NCBI GenBank assembly: GCA_046757665.1
Contig: JBHHYO010000014.1
Coordinates: 1 to 43,783, forward strand
Direction of reading: 5' to 3'
Source of the DNA: Nitrospinales bacterium
GTDB taxonomy: Bacteria; Nitrospinota; Nitrospinia; Nitrospinales; JAJDAT01
Length of the DNA stretch: 43,783 nucleotides
Shown: positions 8,343 through 17,839 of the stretch, piece by piece
Numbering within the stretch: position 1 is the stretch's first letter
How the letters are laid out: the number at the start of each line of letters is the position of its first letter
Translations under genes and position numbers: made by a program
The notes under the pieces: model-generated
Database searches by the model: none
Seen by the model: only the letters and a program-made list of their open reading frames with translations
Told to the model about the DNA's origin: nothing

Positions 8343-8425
8343 ATAAAATAATTAAAGACACACTGTCTCTACTCGCGTTTTCGCTTAAAAAACAAGCACT
8401 ACGCCCAACAACAGTTCATTTAATC

Positions 8426-8454
8426 AGTTTAGTTCACAAGATTTGAAATGTCAA
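8426..8454 (-). promoter_or_regulatory. Sigma70-like promoter TTGACA-N17-TAAACT upstream of the MITE and secreted protein copy 2
   Basis: Perfect -35, 17-bp spacer, TAnnnT -10 on the minus strand. Confidence 0.55.
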
Positions 8455-8542
8455 GCAACCGGAAACGGCCCTGAAAATGGGGAAAATGCTGAGCTTAAAA
8501 ATGGCGCTATGGTTTCTTATTTCATCCAAGGTGGATTGCAAT

Positions 8543-9583
8543 TCATTTGCGGCCACCTTCCCGGGAATCCCGAATTTCGCTGATTCCTTGTCGTCCCGTC
8601 ACCCCGCGAATCGCGTACCGAGCGGCACCGAGGAGGGCGGCCTTGTCGTCTATAATCACTTTGACCGGTATCCCTCGAAGCAGGTCTCGAAACCGCCCCT
8701 TTGCCAGAAAAGCTTCCATGAACGTTTCTTCCTTAAGCTTGGCAATGATTTTCGGAGCAATACCGCCTCCCAGACAAATACCGGCCAGCGCCTGAAGCGC
8801 CATATTGCCCGCCACCGCTCCAAAGATCGAGACAAACAGGTCCAACGCTTGTTCACAGGCGGGTGATTTTTTCAGGAGAGCATTTTGGGCAATCACGGCG
8901 GGGGCATCTTTTTCGCGGAAGTCCCGCATCAGCCAATCGGGTTCGCTCAGGGAACGGGATTGCACGATAAACCGGTAAATGTGGGAAAGGCCATACCCGG
9001 ACAGCACCCGCTCAATGCTTACCCGTTCATAGGTTTGCCGAAGAAAGCGGAACAGCTCGAACTCCAGTTCGTTTCGCGGGGCAAAATCACAATGCCCACC
9101 TTCCGAAGGCAGAACGCCAAACTCCCCACCGCCGAATACGATAAGAAAAGCTTGCCCCAACCCCGTGCCAGGCGCAATCAGACCGATCCGACTCCTTTTT
9201 TCCCCATCCCCGGCTTGCAGGACTTCGAACCGGTCTTCCGGCAGGAAGGGAACGGCATAGGCCAAGGCCTCCATGTCATTGATCAAAAAAACGTCGTCGA
9301 TCTTTAGCTGATTGCTGACCTCACCGGCATCGATCCACCAGTGGTGATGAGTGGTGCGGCATTTTCCATGAACTACCGGACCCGGTACGCCCAAACAGGC
9401 TTTTTCGATTGCCGCACCGGTTCGCCGCAAAAAGTCGTCCAGAATTTCCTTCAGGCCCGCATAATCCTCGCTGGCGAAAGATGCCTCCTCGACTTGCGTC
9501 AACGATCCGTTTTTTTCCTCGAACAAAGCCAGAAGCGCCTTCGTCCCGCCAATGTCTCCCGCCAGAATGACCCGCGATTTCAC
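8543..9583 (-). CDS. glk: Glucokinase (E. coli Glk family)
   Basis: GDIGGTK, IND, GTGLG, SEGGH, SIERVLSG, GGGIAPK motifs; GTG start. Confidence 0.93.
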   Translation of the reverse strand: MKSRVILAGDIGGTKALLALFEEKNGSLTQVEEASFASEDYAGLKEILDDFLRRTGAAIEKACLGVPGPVVHGKCRTTHHHWWIDAGEVSNQLKIDDVFLINDMEALAYAVPFLPEDRFEVLQAGDGEKRSRIGLIAPGTGLGQAFLIVFGGGEFGVLPSEGGHCDFAPRNELEFELFRFLRQTYERVSIERVLSGYGLSHIYRFIVQSRSLSEPDWLMRDFREKDAPAVIAQNALLKKSPACEQALDLFVSIFGAVAGNMALQALAGICLGGGIAPKIIAKLKEETFMEAFLAKGRFRDLLRGIPVKVIIDDKAALLGAARYAIRGVTGRQGISEIRDSREGGRK

Positions 9584-9586
9584 AGG

Positions 9587-10822
9587 CTACTCGAGAAAAG
9601 ACCGTATCCGGTCGTCCAGGGCATCCTGATCCCTGGCGAACGACTGCAAGGCAGACTGGGTCATCAAGTCGTCCAGCGCTATATCGCCGTCCCAATCGGC
9701 AAGCCGGGGGATTTTGCCGTGATCGTAAATCCCGCGAAGATCGTCCCGGGAAAACCGGTGAAACAAGTTGATGCCGGAACTTTCACAAACCTCAACAAGG
9801 TTCTCCCCCGACAAGCCATCCAGCCGGTCGGACTTGACGAGCGTATTGCAAAACTCCTTAAAGCCGGCCGGGATGTCCCAAAGCGCCGGGAAGCGGGCGT
9901 CGGCAACAACGTCCGCGGCGATATCCCGGTCGATCCGGCTCTCAACCTGGTCCGGAGTGCGTCCCGAGTCCAGAAAATCTTTCATCGCCGCCGGTGGAAC
10001 GGTCAAAACATCCAGGCCCGCCAGGGCGGCCACCTGGTCCCCGTTGCGGACGCTGGCGCCGATCAATCGAGTTTGAATGGACGAGTTTTGGTCTCTCAGT
10101 TCGCGAATCGCCCTTTGCGTCGCCAGGGTGATCTTTTCTCCAACTCCCTTGCCCGTGCCCATGGAATTGTCGGCCGTCACCTGATTGAGCCGCCCCAGAA
10201 AAACATTAACGTAATCCGGGCCGGCAAGCACCGCCGCCAAATAGTTCTGCCGCGCCGAAAATCCCAGCGTAAAATTGATCGGAATCCCCTCCCGCCGCAA
10301 TTGCCGCACGGCCAGGTATCCTTCCGGAGTCAGGGGAATCTTGACGTTGAAGAATTCCGGACAAACTTTATGATACCGGCGGGCATAATACAGGGTCCTC
10401 TCGATATCCCGGGAAACCGAGGGATGAAGCTCCACGCTCACTTTATAATGAAAAGCCTCCACCAACCGCAGGGCGATCTTGCAATTGATGACGAAGCCGA
10501 TCTCCATGATCAAATCTTCCTGTGGCAAATCGGGAGCGATGTCCCGCAGTTTGCCGACTGTTTCCCGGATCACTTGATCCATGACGCCCTTCTGCACCAC
10601 CTGGTTGGCCAGGGTGTTGTTGGTCGTCAACGAGGTGAATTCCTTTTTCCAGATGGAACGGGCCAAATCCAGATCACCCGTGTCGATCCATAGTTGCGTG
10701 CCCAGCGAAACCAGTTTGGCCGATAATTCGTGGGAATCGGCAACCGGCGGTTCGCCGCCGCCGACTTCCACGCAGGCGGTGTCGTGAATCACTTCTTCCA
10801 ATTTCCTGCTGGCGAGATCCAT
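9587..10822 (-). CDS. tal: Transaldolase family protein (long, atypical)
   Basis: LWIDTGD, TTNN, SVELHP, VKIP (Schiff-base Lys), NFTLGFS, VFLGR; lies between pgi and glk. Confidence 0.8.
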   Translation of the reverse strand: MDLASRKLEEVIHDTACVEVGGGEPPVADSHELSAKLVSLGTQLWIDTGDLDLARSIWKKEFTSLTTNNTLANQVVQKGVMDQVIRETVGKLRDIAPDLPQEDLIMEIGFVINCKIALRLVEAFHYKVSVELHPSVSRDIERTLYYARRYHKVCPEFFNVKIPLTPEGYLAVRQLRREGIPINFTLGFSARQNYLAAVLAGPDYVNVFLGRLNQVTADNSMGTGKGVGEKITLATQRAIRELRDQNSSIQTRLIGASVRNGDQVAALAGLDVLTVPPAAMKDFLDSGRTPDQVESRIDRDIAADVVADARFPALWDIPAGFKEFCNTLVKSDRLDGLSGENLVEVCESSGINLFHRFSRDDLRGIYDHGKIPRLADWDGDIALDDLMTQSALQSFARDQDALDDRIRSFLE

Positions 10823-10826
10823 GTCG

Positions 10827-12140
10827 TTATCCTTTCACCGGCTTGTTCAAAAGAGAAAACATATTCTTCTTGTAAAATTCGACGCCCGGCTGATCGAACG
10901 GATTGACTCCCAAAAGATAACCGGACATGGCGATGGCGCGTTCGAAAAAATAAAACAACTCCCCCAGCGACCGGGGCGTGCGGTCCTTCAGGGACAGAGT
11001 CATGTTGGGAACGCCGCCCTCCAGGTGCGCCCTGGCAGTTCCCCGATAAGCTTTATCATTGACGAAATCCAGAGTCTTCCCGGCAAGGTAATTCAACTCG
11101 TCGGCGTCTTCCGCGCACCGGGGCACGACAACCCGGCTTGCGGGAGAATCGACCACAAGGAACGTTTCAAACAGGGCGCGTTGGCCGTCCTGAACCCACT
11201 GTCCCATGGAATGCAGGTCGGTGGTGTACTGGAGCGAAGCGGGAAAAATGCCGCGGCCGTTTTTCCCTTCGCTTTCCCCCGCCAACTGCTTCCACCATTC
11301 CAGAGTATACGCCAGGGAATGATGAAAGGAAGCCAAAATTTCAATCCGCTTTCCCTTGCCGTACAACAGGTTTCTGATGACGGCATAAAGGTAGGCCATG
11401 TTATCGCCGATCTCCGACGTGCGGGACGCACTCTCCTCAACCGCCCGCGCACCCGCCACCAACTCCCGGATATCAATACCGGCTACCGCCATCGGCAACA
11501 ACCCTACCGGCGTTAAAACGGAATAGCGTCCGCCGACGTCATCGGGAATCTCGAAAGTCTTGTAGTCCTCACGGTCGGCCAGACTTTTCAGCGCGCCCTT
11601 CGCCTTGTCCGTGGTGACAAAGATGCGTTTCCTCGCCTCGGCGGCGCCGAACTTCCTTTCCAATGCTTCCCTGAGCAGGCGAAACGCCAGAGCCGGCTCC
11701 GTGGTCGTCCCGGATTTGGAAATGACGTTCAGGCAAAAGTTTTTCTCGGCAACCAGACTAAGCAAATCGGCGATATAATCCGAATCGATATTCTGTCCGG
11801 CGAAACAAATTTCCGGCGCGGCATCCGACGCCTGCCGATGGCGGAAGGCGGGGGACAAAAATCCGATCGCCGCGCGCGCCCCCAGGTAGGACCCGCCGAT
11901 ACCGACGGGAATAAACAAGTCAAAATTTTCCCTGATATAAGACGCCGTATCCTCGATCTCGCGCAAGACGGCATCCGTAATGCTTGAAGGCAGATGCAGC
12001 CAGCCGAGGAAATCACCGCCCGCCCCCTCCCCTTTCTCCAGAGCGCCGTGCAATCGATCCACCTCTCCCTGCCGGGAAAAAATCTCCGCCTCCGAAACGA
12101 AGGGTTTTACATTTTCAAAATTCAGGTTTATATTTGGCAT
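10827..12140 (-). CDS. pgi: Glucose-6-phosphate isomerase (short Firmicutes-like type)
   Basis: GIGGSYLG, SKSGTTTE, DVGGRYSVLT, QLAGESEGK, DLHS, NPFDQPGVE..K. Confidence 0.96.
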   Translation of the reverse strand: MPNINLNFENVKPFVSEAEIFSRQGEVDRLHGALEKGEGAGGDFLGWLHLPSSITDAVLREIEDTASYIRENFDLFIPVGIGGSYLGARAAIGFLSPAFRHRQASDAAPEICFAGQNIDSDYIADLLSLVAEKNFCLNVISKSGTTTEPALAFRLLREALERKFGAAEARKRIFVTTDKAKGALKSLADREDYKTFEIPDDVGGRYSVLTPVGLLPMAVAGIDIRELVAGARAVEESASRTSEIGDNMAYLYAVIRNLLYGKGKRIEILASFHHSLAYTLEWWKQLAGESEGKNGRGIFPASLQYTTDLHSMGQWVQDGQRALFETFLVVDSPASRVVVPRCAEDADELNYLAGKTLDFVNDKAYRGTARAHLEGGVPNMTLSLKDRTPRSLGELFYFFERAIAMSGYLLGVNPFDQPGVEFYKKNMFSLLNKPVKG

Positions 12141-12186
12141 TCAATCCACTCCAGCAAACAGATGTCCGGATATCCTAAAGGTTCAC

Positions 12187-12567
12187 ATGATATCCAAGAA
12201 TACCGACGCCGTGAACTATAAAATAATAGATCCTCTCATTGCCACCCTGTCGGGAGGCTTCGTGGCCTTTGCCGTCGCCCGTATGGTACCGGATGGCTTC
12301 AGCTTGTTGCCGGGAATGCTGGCAGGCGGATTTTGCGGCATGGCCTTGCAACTCGTCTTGATGTTTTTGCTGATGCCCTTCCTTGGGGCTTTCGAGGTCA
12401 TGATTCCGCTATCCCTCATTGGCATGACGGTTGGAATGATGAGCGGCATGATGGCGGCGTGGGGCGGGATTGCGGTTTTTGGGATCGCCTGGGCGGGCGC
12501 CGTGGCCGGGTTGCTCGTCTCCGCGGTCATTCATTACTGCAACCGCAGGCTGACGAGTCCGCCATGA
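12187..12567 (+). CDS. Gly/Met-rich 4-TM membrane protein
   Basis: Four hydrophobic segments; ATGA overlap with the next gene. Confidence 0.7.
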   Translation: MISKNTDAVNYKIIDPLIATLSGGFVAFAVARMVPDGFSLLPGMLAGGFCGMALQLVLMFLLMPFLGAFEVMIPLSLIGMTVGMMSGMMAAWGGIAVFGIAWAGAVAGLLVSAVIHYCNRRLTSPP

Positions 12568-13160
12568 CCCAAAAAGCAAAATTCGACCGCATCGCCAAAA
12601 GCTACGATTTTCTTAAAAGCGGCGACACCCGCCGTTGGGCAAAAGCGCAGATGAAATTTTTCAGGCAAATGCGCGGCCGGGTGCTGTACGTTGGCGTCGG
12701 CACCGGGCAGGAAATCGCTCATTTCCCCTCCGGCCTGCACATCACGGCCATCGACATCAGCCGCAACATGCTGGAGCAATGCCGCAAACGCGCCACGCGC
12801 TATCCGGGCCGCATCGAGCTTGCCCTCATGGACACCGAAATCCTGGCTTTTCCCGACAACACGTTCGACACCATTCTCACCGTCTGCACATTCTGCTCCG
12901 TGGAGCATCCCGTCCTGGGCTTGAGGGAACTGAGACGGGTTCTAACGCCCGGCGGCCACATCCTGATGTTCGAACATGTATTGAGCCGCAACCCGGTTTT
13001 CGCCTTGATCCTGAAATCCATGTCCCTCGTCACCACGCGCCTTTCCGGAACCCACCTCGACCGCGATACCGCGGGAAACCTGAAAAAGGCCGGATTCACC
13101 ATCCACTCCGAGCGCAACGTTTATCTGGACATTGTCAAGGCGATTGCGGGACATAAGTGA
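12564..13160 (+). CDS. Class I SAM-dependent methyltransferase
   Basis: VLYVGVGTG, AIDIS, FPDNTFDT, LTPGG motifs; start ATG 12564. Confidence 0.88.
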   Translation: MTQKAKFDRIAKSYDFLKSGDTRRWAKAQMKFFRQMRGRVLYVGVGTGQEIAHFPSGLHITAIDISRNMLEQCRKRATRYPGRIELALMDTEILAFPDNTFDTILTVCTFCSVEHPVLGLRELRRVLTPGGHILMFEHVLSRNPVFALILKSMSLVTTRLSGTHLDRDTAGNLKKAGFTIHSERNVYLDIVKAIAGHK

Positions 13161-14676
13161 CGATGAAATAGTTTTTGATAATTTTGCGGGCAATCAGGCG
13201 ATCGGCATAACGCTGGGCATCGTTTTTATTGTCGAATTTTTCCAGGCGGATTTTATACCAGTAGCCTCCGGTCCGGCGCCTGGTTTTAACGACATACAGT
13301 CTCTTTATTCCTTTTTTACGAAGTTTCTTGACCATGCGGTCTGCTTTCTTTTTATAAGTCACGGCGGCGATTTGTATGGTATGGATTTTGCGCACGCCGG
13401 AATCTTTCGACGATGCTCCGCCGACAAGGGAACCTCCCGCGGTTTTCCCCGTTGCGATGGATTTTTGCTGTTGAATTTTCCATAACCCCGCAACACCCAC
13501 AACCAGCACCACGGACAGGAAAAGGCTAACCAGCTTGAACCGTAACGAGGAACGGTTAAACAGGATCAACCCATCCAGGAGTTTAAGGATTGCCTTTTTA
13601 ACCAGGATTCTGAGAATACGGGCCAATTCCAAAACGCCATCCCGAAAAAAGGCGAACCCGGATTTGATGATTCCCAACCGCAGTTTCAAGCGCTCCAGGT
13701 CCTTGACATCCTCGCGCATGAACAGCTTCAGGTTTTTCCATTTTTCGGAAACACTGCTTTCTTTAACCTGCCGCAGAATTTTCTCTTGTTGCTCTTGTTC
13801 CAACTCGTTAAAAATTTCTCCGCATTTTTCATGCAACTCGGGGGAGACGGCCTCCCAATGGCCATGGCAAAAACTTTCACCGATGATTTCGCGCAGTTGT
13901 GCTTCCTCGGGTGGATGAAAAGCCAGCGCCTGAAGGTAGAAGTTGAGGGCATACTCGTCCGACCGGTTTTTCGCCAGCAGTCGCGGCAGGACAAAGCGGA
14001 TGATTTCCCCGGCATTCTCGTCGGCGTTTTCAACGGCGGCCAGGAACACGGGTTCGGTTTTGCGGTTGAAGCGTTTCTGCTCCAAAAAGACGGAAGCCAG
14101 ATGAGAGGCCACGATTTTGTCCACCCCCGCCTCGGTCTTGAGCATGACCAATAACAAGTCGATCTCCGCGGACCGCAACTTGTCGGCGCGCTTGAGGACG
14201 GACAGCAATGGAACCCGGTAACGGGGGTCGTCCGGGTTTTGCAAAAACGCTTTCAGATAAATTCTCAGGGCGGCGGGGTCGTCCTTGCCGATGGAATGCA
14301 GATACGACGCATATTCCCGGACTACCTCCTTGCGCATCCGGCGTCCCCGACCCGGCAGAAAATATGAGGAAAAAGTAAACGCCAGCAGATCATCAAATTG
14401 CCGGATGATCTCCTTTTCTTTCATCCCTTCGAGCCCGGCGCCCTTGAGCGAACGCAAGGCGTCGTCAAACGAGTGCTCGCCGAAAAGCCCGTAAGCGAAA
14501 AACCCCAAAAACAGGCAGACAAAACTGAGTAGCCACTGAATGAGCGTGTCATCAACGCGGGCATGAGGCAGGGCGACTTCATGAAAAAAATAAAGCGCCC
14601 CGAAGCCCAGGGTTATCATCAGAAAAACCGATAACCCCACCCGCACCAGAAAAAATTTTAGCGTTTGAAATACCAT
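13135..14676 (-). CDS. Membrane protein with a large helical domain and C-terminal SPOR domain
   Basis: Two N-terminal TMs, a later TM, then HTIQIAAV...WYKIRL..F..KNDAQRYADRL (SPOR-like); TAATG overlap with PBP1A. Confidence 0.8.
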   Translation of the reverse strand: MVFQTLKFFLVRVGLSVFLMITLGFGALYFFHEVALPHARVDDTLIQWLLSFVCLFLGFFAYGLFGEHSFDDALRSLKGAGLEGMKEKEIIRQFDDLLAFTFSSYFLPGRGRRMRKEVVREYASYLHSIGKDDPAALRIYLKAFLQNPDDPRYRVPLLSVLKRADKLRSAEIDLLLVMLKTEAGVDKIVASHLASVFLEQKRFNRKTEPVFLAAVENADENAGEIIRFVLPRLLAKNRSDEYALNFYLQALAFHPPEEAQLREIIGESFCHGHWEAVSPELHEKCGEIFNELEQEQQEKILRQVKESSVSEKWKNLKLFMREDVKDLERLKLRLGIIKSGFAFFRDGVLELARILRILVKKAILKLLDGLILFNRSSLRFKLVSLFLSVVLVVGVAGLWKIQQQKSIATGKTAGGSLVGGASSKDSGVRKIHTIQIAAVTYKKKADRMVKKLRKKGIKRLYVVKTRRRTGGYWYKIRLEKFDNKNDAQRYADRLIARKIIKNYFIVTYVPQSP

Positions 14677-16772
14677 TATTCTCGACGGGTTCCTTGCTCA
14701 TCCGCGGAAGCCGGGGACACCGCACCGGAATCGGGCAAAGGTGCAACGGATTCAACCGGCAACACGGAAGACGCGCTTCCTGTTTGTGCTTGCGGCTCAG
14801 CCGGCTCCGGAGGCAGAAGCTCCACTTCCTCGCGAAGCGCGACGCGCAACGTTTTGCCCAGAGAAGGTTTCGCCGGAAGCCCGGTGTGAATGTCGACATC
14901 GACGAACTTGATTCCCTCGGGAACGGGAAAGCGAACCTTGTTTTTTCCTTTCAAAGCCTTTTGCATAAAAAAGGTCCACACCGGCGCCGCCGCTCCGGCA
15001 CCGGTCAATCCTTTTCCGGACTTCCGGATCATGGAGTGGTTGCTGTCATATCCCACCCAAACCGCGGTGGAAATATCTTTTGTGAAGCCAATGAACCAGG
15101 CATCTTTAAAGTCATTTGAGGTGCCGGTTTTGCCCGCGGCGGGGTGGCGGAACCCCAGTTTCCGCACAATCCGGCCCGTCCCGCGATTCACAACGCCCTG
15201 CATCATGTCCAGCAAGGGATAAATGGATTTTTGCGAAAAGCGTTGAACGCCGTGAAAAAAATGCTCGTACAACCGGTTGCCCTGAAAATCCTCGATCCGT
15301 TGAATGAAATACGGCTCATTCAACATTCCCAGATTGGCGATTACGCTGTAAGCCGAAGCCATTTCCAGCGGCGACACGCTCGAAGTCCCAAGGGCCAGGG
15401 AAAGGTTTTTGCCCAGAGGACTGGTGATACCGAACCGCCGGGCGGTTTGGATAACTTTTTCCGGCGTCACTTTGTGGACCAGCCTGGCGGAAACCACATT
15501 GATCGACTGCTCCAGAGCCTTTTTCAAAATCACATTCCCGAGAAATTTCTCTTCGAAGTTTTTCGGTTCCCAGGGCGTTGTACCGGGGATATCAAACGCA
15601 ACCGGCTCATCGGCGACCACGGTAGCGGGCGTATAGCCCAGGGTTTCCATGGCGGTCAGGTAAACAAAGGGTTTGAAGGAGGAGCCTGGGAGACGATTGT
15701 TGGAAACGGCACGGTTGAATTGGCTGAACGAATAATCCCTGCCGCCCAGCATGACCCGTACGGCGCCGGTCTGATTTTCAATGGCCACCACCGCCGTTTG
15801 CAACGGCTCGCGTCTCTCCTCCACCGGAGCCATGCCACGGTCCAGCAGTTTCAAATGAGTAGAAGCGGCTCTTTGCGCGTACTCCTGCAAGCGCACATCC
15901 AGCGTGGTAAATACCTTCAAACCGCCGAAATAGACAAACTCCTTGCCATAATCCTTTTCCAGTTTTTTGATAATAAAATCGGCGAAGTAAAGATTGGGGT
16001 CGGTTTTATGTCTGGAGACGGCAAGCTCCAGACCGGAGTTCAAGGCTTCCTCCCGTTGCTCTGGAGAAATATAATTTTCAGCCGTCATGCGGTTCAGCAC
16101 ATATTTCGCGCGGCGCTGGGAGCGGTCGTAATCGGCAAAGGGGTTAATATCGTTTGGCGACGAGGGAACGCCGGCTAACGTAGCCGCTTGTAACAATGTC
16201 AAGTCCCTGGCGCGCTTGCCGAAATACGTCTGGGCGGCTTCCTCCACTCCATAGGCGCCATTGCCGAAATAAATCTGGTTGCAATAAGCCTGCAAAATCT
16301 CCTGCTTGGAAAAAGTCGCTTCCATCTGCAAGGCAACCAGCAATTCCTTGATCTTCCGCACCCAGTTTCTTTCAAAAGAGAAAAACAGGTTTTTCGACAA
16401 CTGCTGGGTAATGGTGCTTCCTCCCTGGGCAATTCGCTTCTTTTTGAAATTCATATACACGGCGCGCAACAGCGCCAAATGGTCCAGTCCGTTGTGATGG
16501 TAAAAAGCGGCATCCTCCACCGCCACCACGGCATTCAAAAAATAGGGGGAGATTTCCTCAAAGGGCACCGGGTGGCGTTCGCCAAGTACCTTGATGCGCC
16601 GGCCATCGGCGGAATAAATTTCGGTCGGCAGGCTCAGGTTGATATTTTCCAGTTGGGCGGGAAGCTGGGGAAGTTCATTACGCACGGCAAGGTAAACCAC
16701 CGCAAGAATAAATATCCCCACGAGAGTTGCGGCAAATAAAAGAGAGATCAAGCTCTTGATCAGGCGACGCAT
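14676..16772 (-). CDS. Class A penicillin-binding protein (PBP1A family)
   Basis: Glycosyltransferase motifs EDAAFY.H.G, GGSTITQQ, RKIKE, YCNQIYFG; transpeptidase motifs SSFK, SIN, KTG; start could be 16772 or 16787. Confidence 0.95.
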   Translation of the reverse strand: MRRLIKSLISLLFAATLVGIFILAVVYLAVRNELPQLPAQLENINLSLPTEIYSADGRRIKVLGERHPVPFEEISPYFLNAVVAVEDAAFYHHNGLDHLALLRAVYMNFKKKRIAQGGSTITQQLSKNLFFSFERNWVRKIKELLVALQMEATFSKQEILQAYCNQIYFGNGAYGVEEAAQTYFGKRARDLTLLQAATLAGVPSSPNDINPFADYDRSQRRAKYVLNRMTAENYISPEQREEALNSGLELAVSRHKTDPNLYFADFIIKKLEKDYGKEFVYFGGLKVFTTLDVRLQEYAQRAASTHLKLLDRGMAPVEERREPLQTAVVAIENQTGAVRVMLGGRDYSFSQFNRAVSNNRLPGSSFKPFVYLTAMETLGYTPATVVADEPVAFDIPGTTPWEPKNFEEKFLGNVILKKALEQSINVVSARLVHKVTPEKVIQTARRFGITSPLGKNLSLALGTSSVSPLEMASAYSVIANLGMLNEPYFIQRIEDFQGNRLYEHFFHGVQRFSQKSIYPLLDMMQGVVNRGTGRIVRKLGFRHPAAGKTGTSNDFKDAWFIGFTKDISTAVWVGYDSNHSMIRKSGKGLTGAGAAAPVWTFFMQKALKGKNKVRFPVPEGIKFVDVDIHTGLPAKPSLGKTLRVALREEVELLPPEPAEPQAQTGSASSVLPVESVAPLPDSGAVSPASADEQGTRRE

Positions 16773-16951
16773 CAATGTTGTACCCAAGGCAAGTTAGGGT
16801 TGGCGCTCGGAAAACGTTCTCCCTCATAACAAAGGCAGTTTCCGAACCGAGGCAAGGGAACCGGTTTCATCCGGCTTTCAACTTGGGAAAAACGCACAAA
16901 CGAAGGAAGTGCAAGGCTGGGAAGCGAATTGTGGATCGCGGCTGTTGTTGA

Positions 16952-17836
16952 CTAGGCGCCGGTTCCATTTTCCGCGCTTTCCTGGCCGTCCTTTTCTATC
17001 TGGGACAAAAAGTTGTTGGCCATTTCCAACGGTACCGGGATCAGCAAAACGCTGGGGTAATAATCGGTATCATATTCGATGGCGAACATCATGGGTCCGC
17101 TTGTCTCCTCCACCGAGGAGGACGGACCCGAAAACCCAACCCGCGTTACGCGATAATTCCTTTCCAGAAACCACCGCGGGTCGGGAAACAAGGCTTTTTG
17201 CGAAGCGGGATCCAACGTCCGCAATACGCTGATAAATTCGGCGAACGAGAAGATGTGATCGGGTTTCATCCCCACTTCTTCCAAACGCCCCTTTTGAATG
17301 GTCCGAGTGGACTGAATTTCCGTCAGTCTTTCCAGCGACAAATGCATCTCGCTAATGGGCACGTTATTCCGGCCCAGAAAACTGATCGAAACCCATTTCC
17401 CCAAACGAGTGAAAAGAACCCGGCTCCAATTATTTTGAGCATCAATTTTAATCAGGTCGAACGGCGGAATAATGCGGCGCGCCCATTGTCCGGGATAATC
17501 ATAATACAAGCTTAAAAATTTTTCCCGGGAAACCACCAGCGAAGACGAAGGCGCCAAGGATTGAAAAAGCTGACCGATGGACTCCAGGGAATCGGTCGAT
17601 TGCTCCAACAACCCCTGATCGGAAAGGATGGACTCTATTTTATGCTGGGCGACAATACTCTGCCGGTCCCTGTCCCACATTCTTCCCAATTGCGGACGAT
17701 TATGGTTCTGCCATTTCAAGTAACTGCCGATAGCCCGTTCGAAAACATGAAAATAAAATTCCAGAAAAACCGCGCCGACAAGAGCGGCAAGAAACAGGGT
17801 GCCATTCAAATGTAACTTGATGCCGTTGGTTTTCAC
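16952..17836 (-). CDS. Hypothetical protein with N-terminal membrane anchor
   Basis: 294-aa ORF with one N-terminal TM; starts 3 bp after the XRE gene stop. Confidence 0.7.
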   Translation of the reverse strand: MKTNGIKLHLNGTLFLAALVGAVFLEFYFHVFERAIGSYLKWQNHNRPQLGRMWDRDRQSIVAQHKIESILSDQGLLEQSTDSLESIGQLFQSLAPSSSLVVSREKFLSLYYDYPGQWARRIIPPFDLIKIDAQNNWSRVLFTRLGKWVSISFLGRNNVPISEMHLSLERLTEIQSTRTIQKGRLEEVGMKPDHIFSFAEFISVLRTLDPASQKALFPDPRWFLERNYRVTRVGFSGPSSSVEETSGPMMFAIEYDTDYYPSVLLIPVPLEMANNFLSQIEKDGQESAENGTGA

Positions 17837-17839
17837 GAA

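Noticed and set aside
9341..10693. 450-aa plus-strand ORF (likewise 15144-16178, 27129-28355, 31787-32881, 33743-34645, 34786-35829, 39227-40150)
   Set aside because: All lie antisense to well-supported genes and lack protein-family motifs
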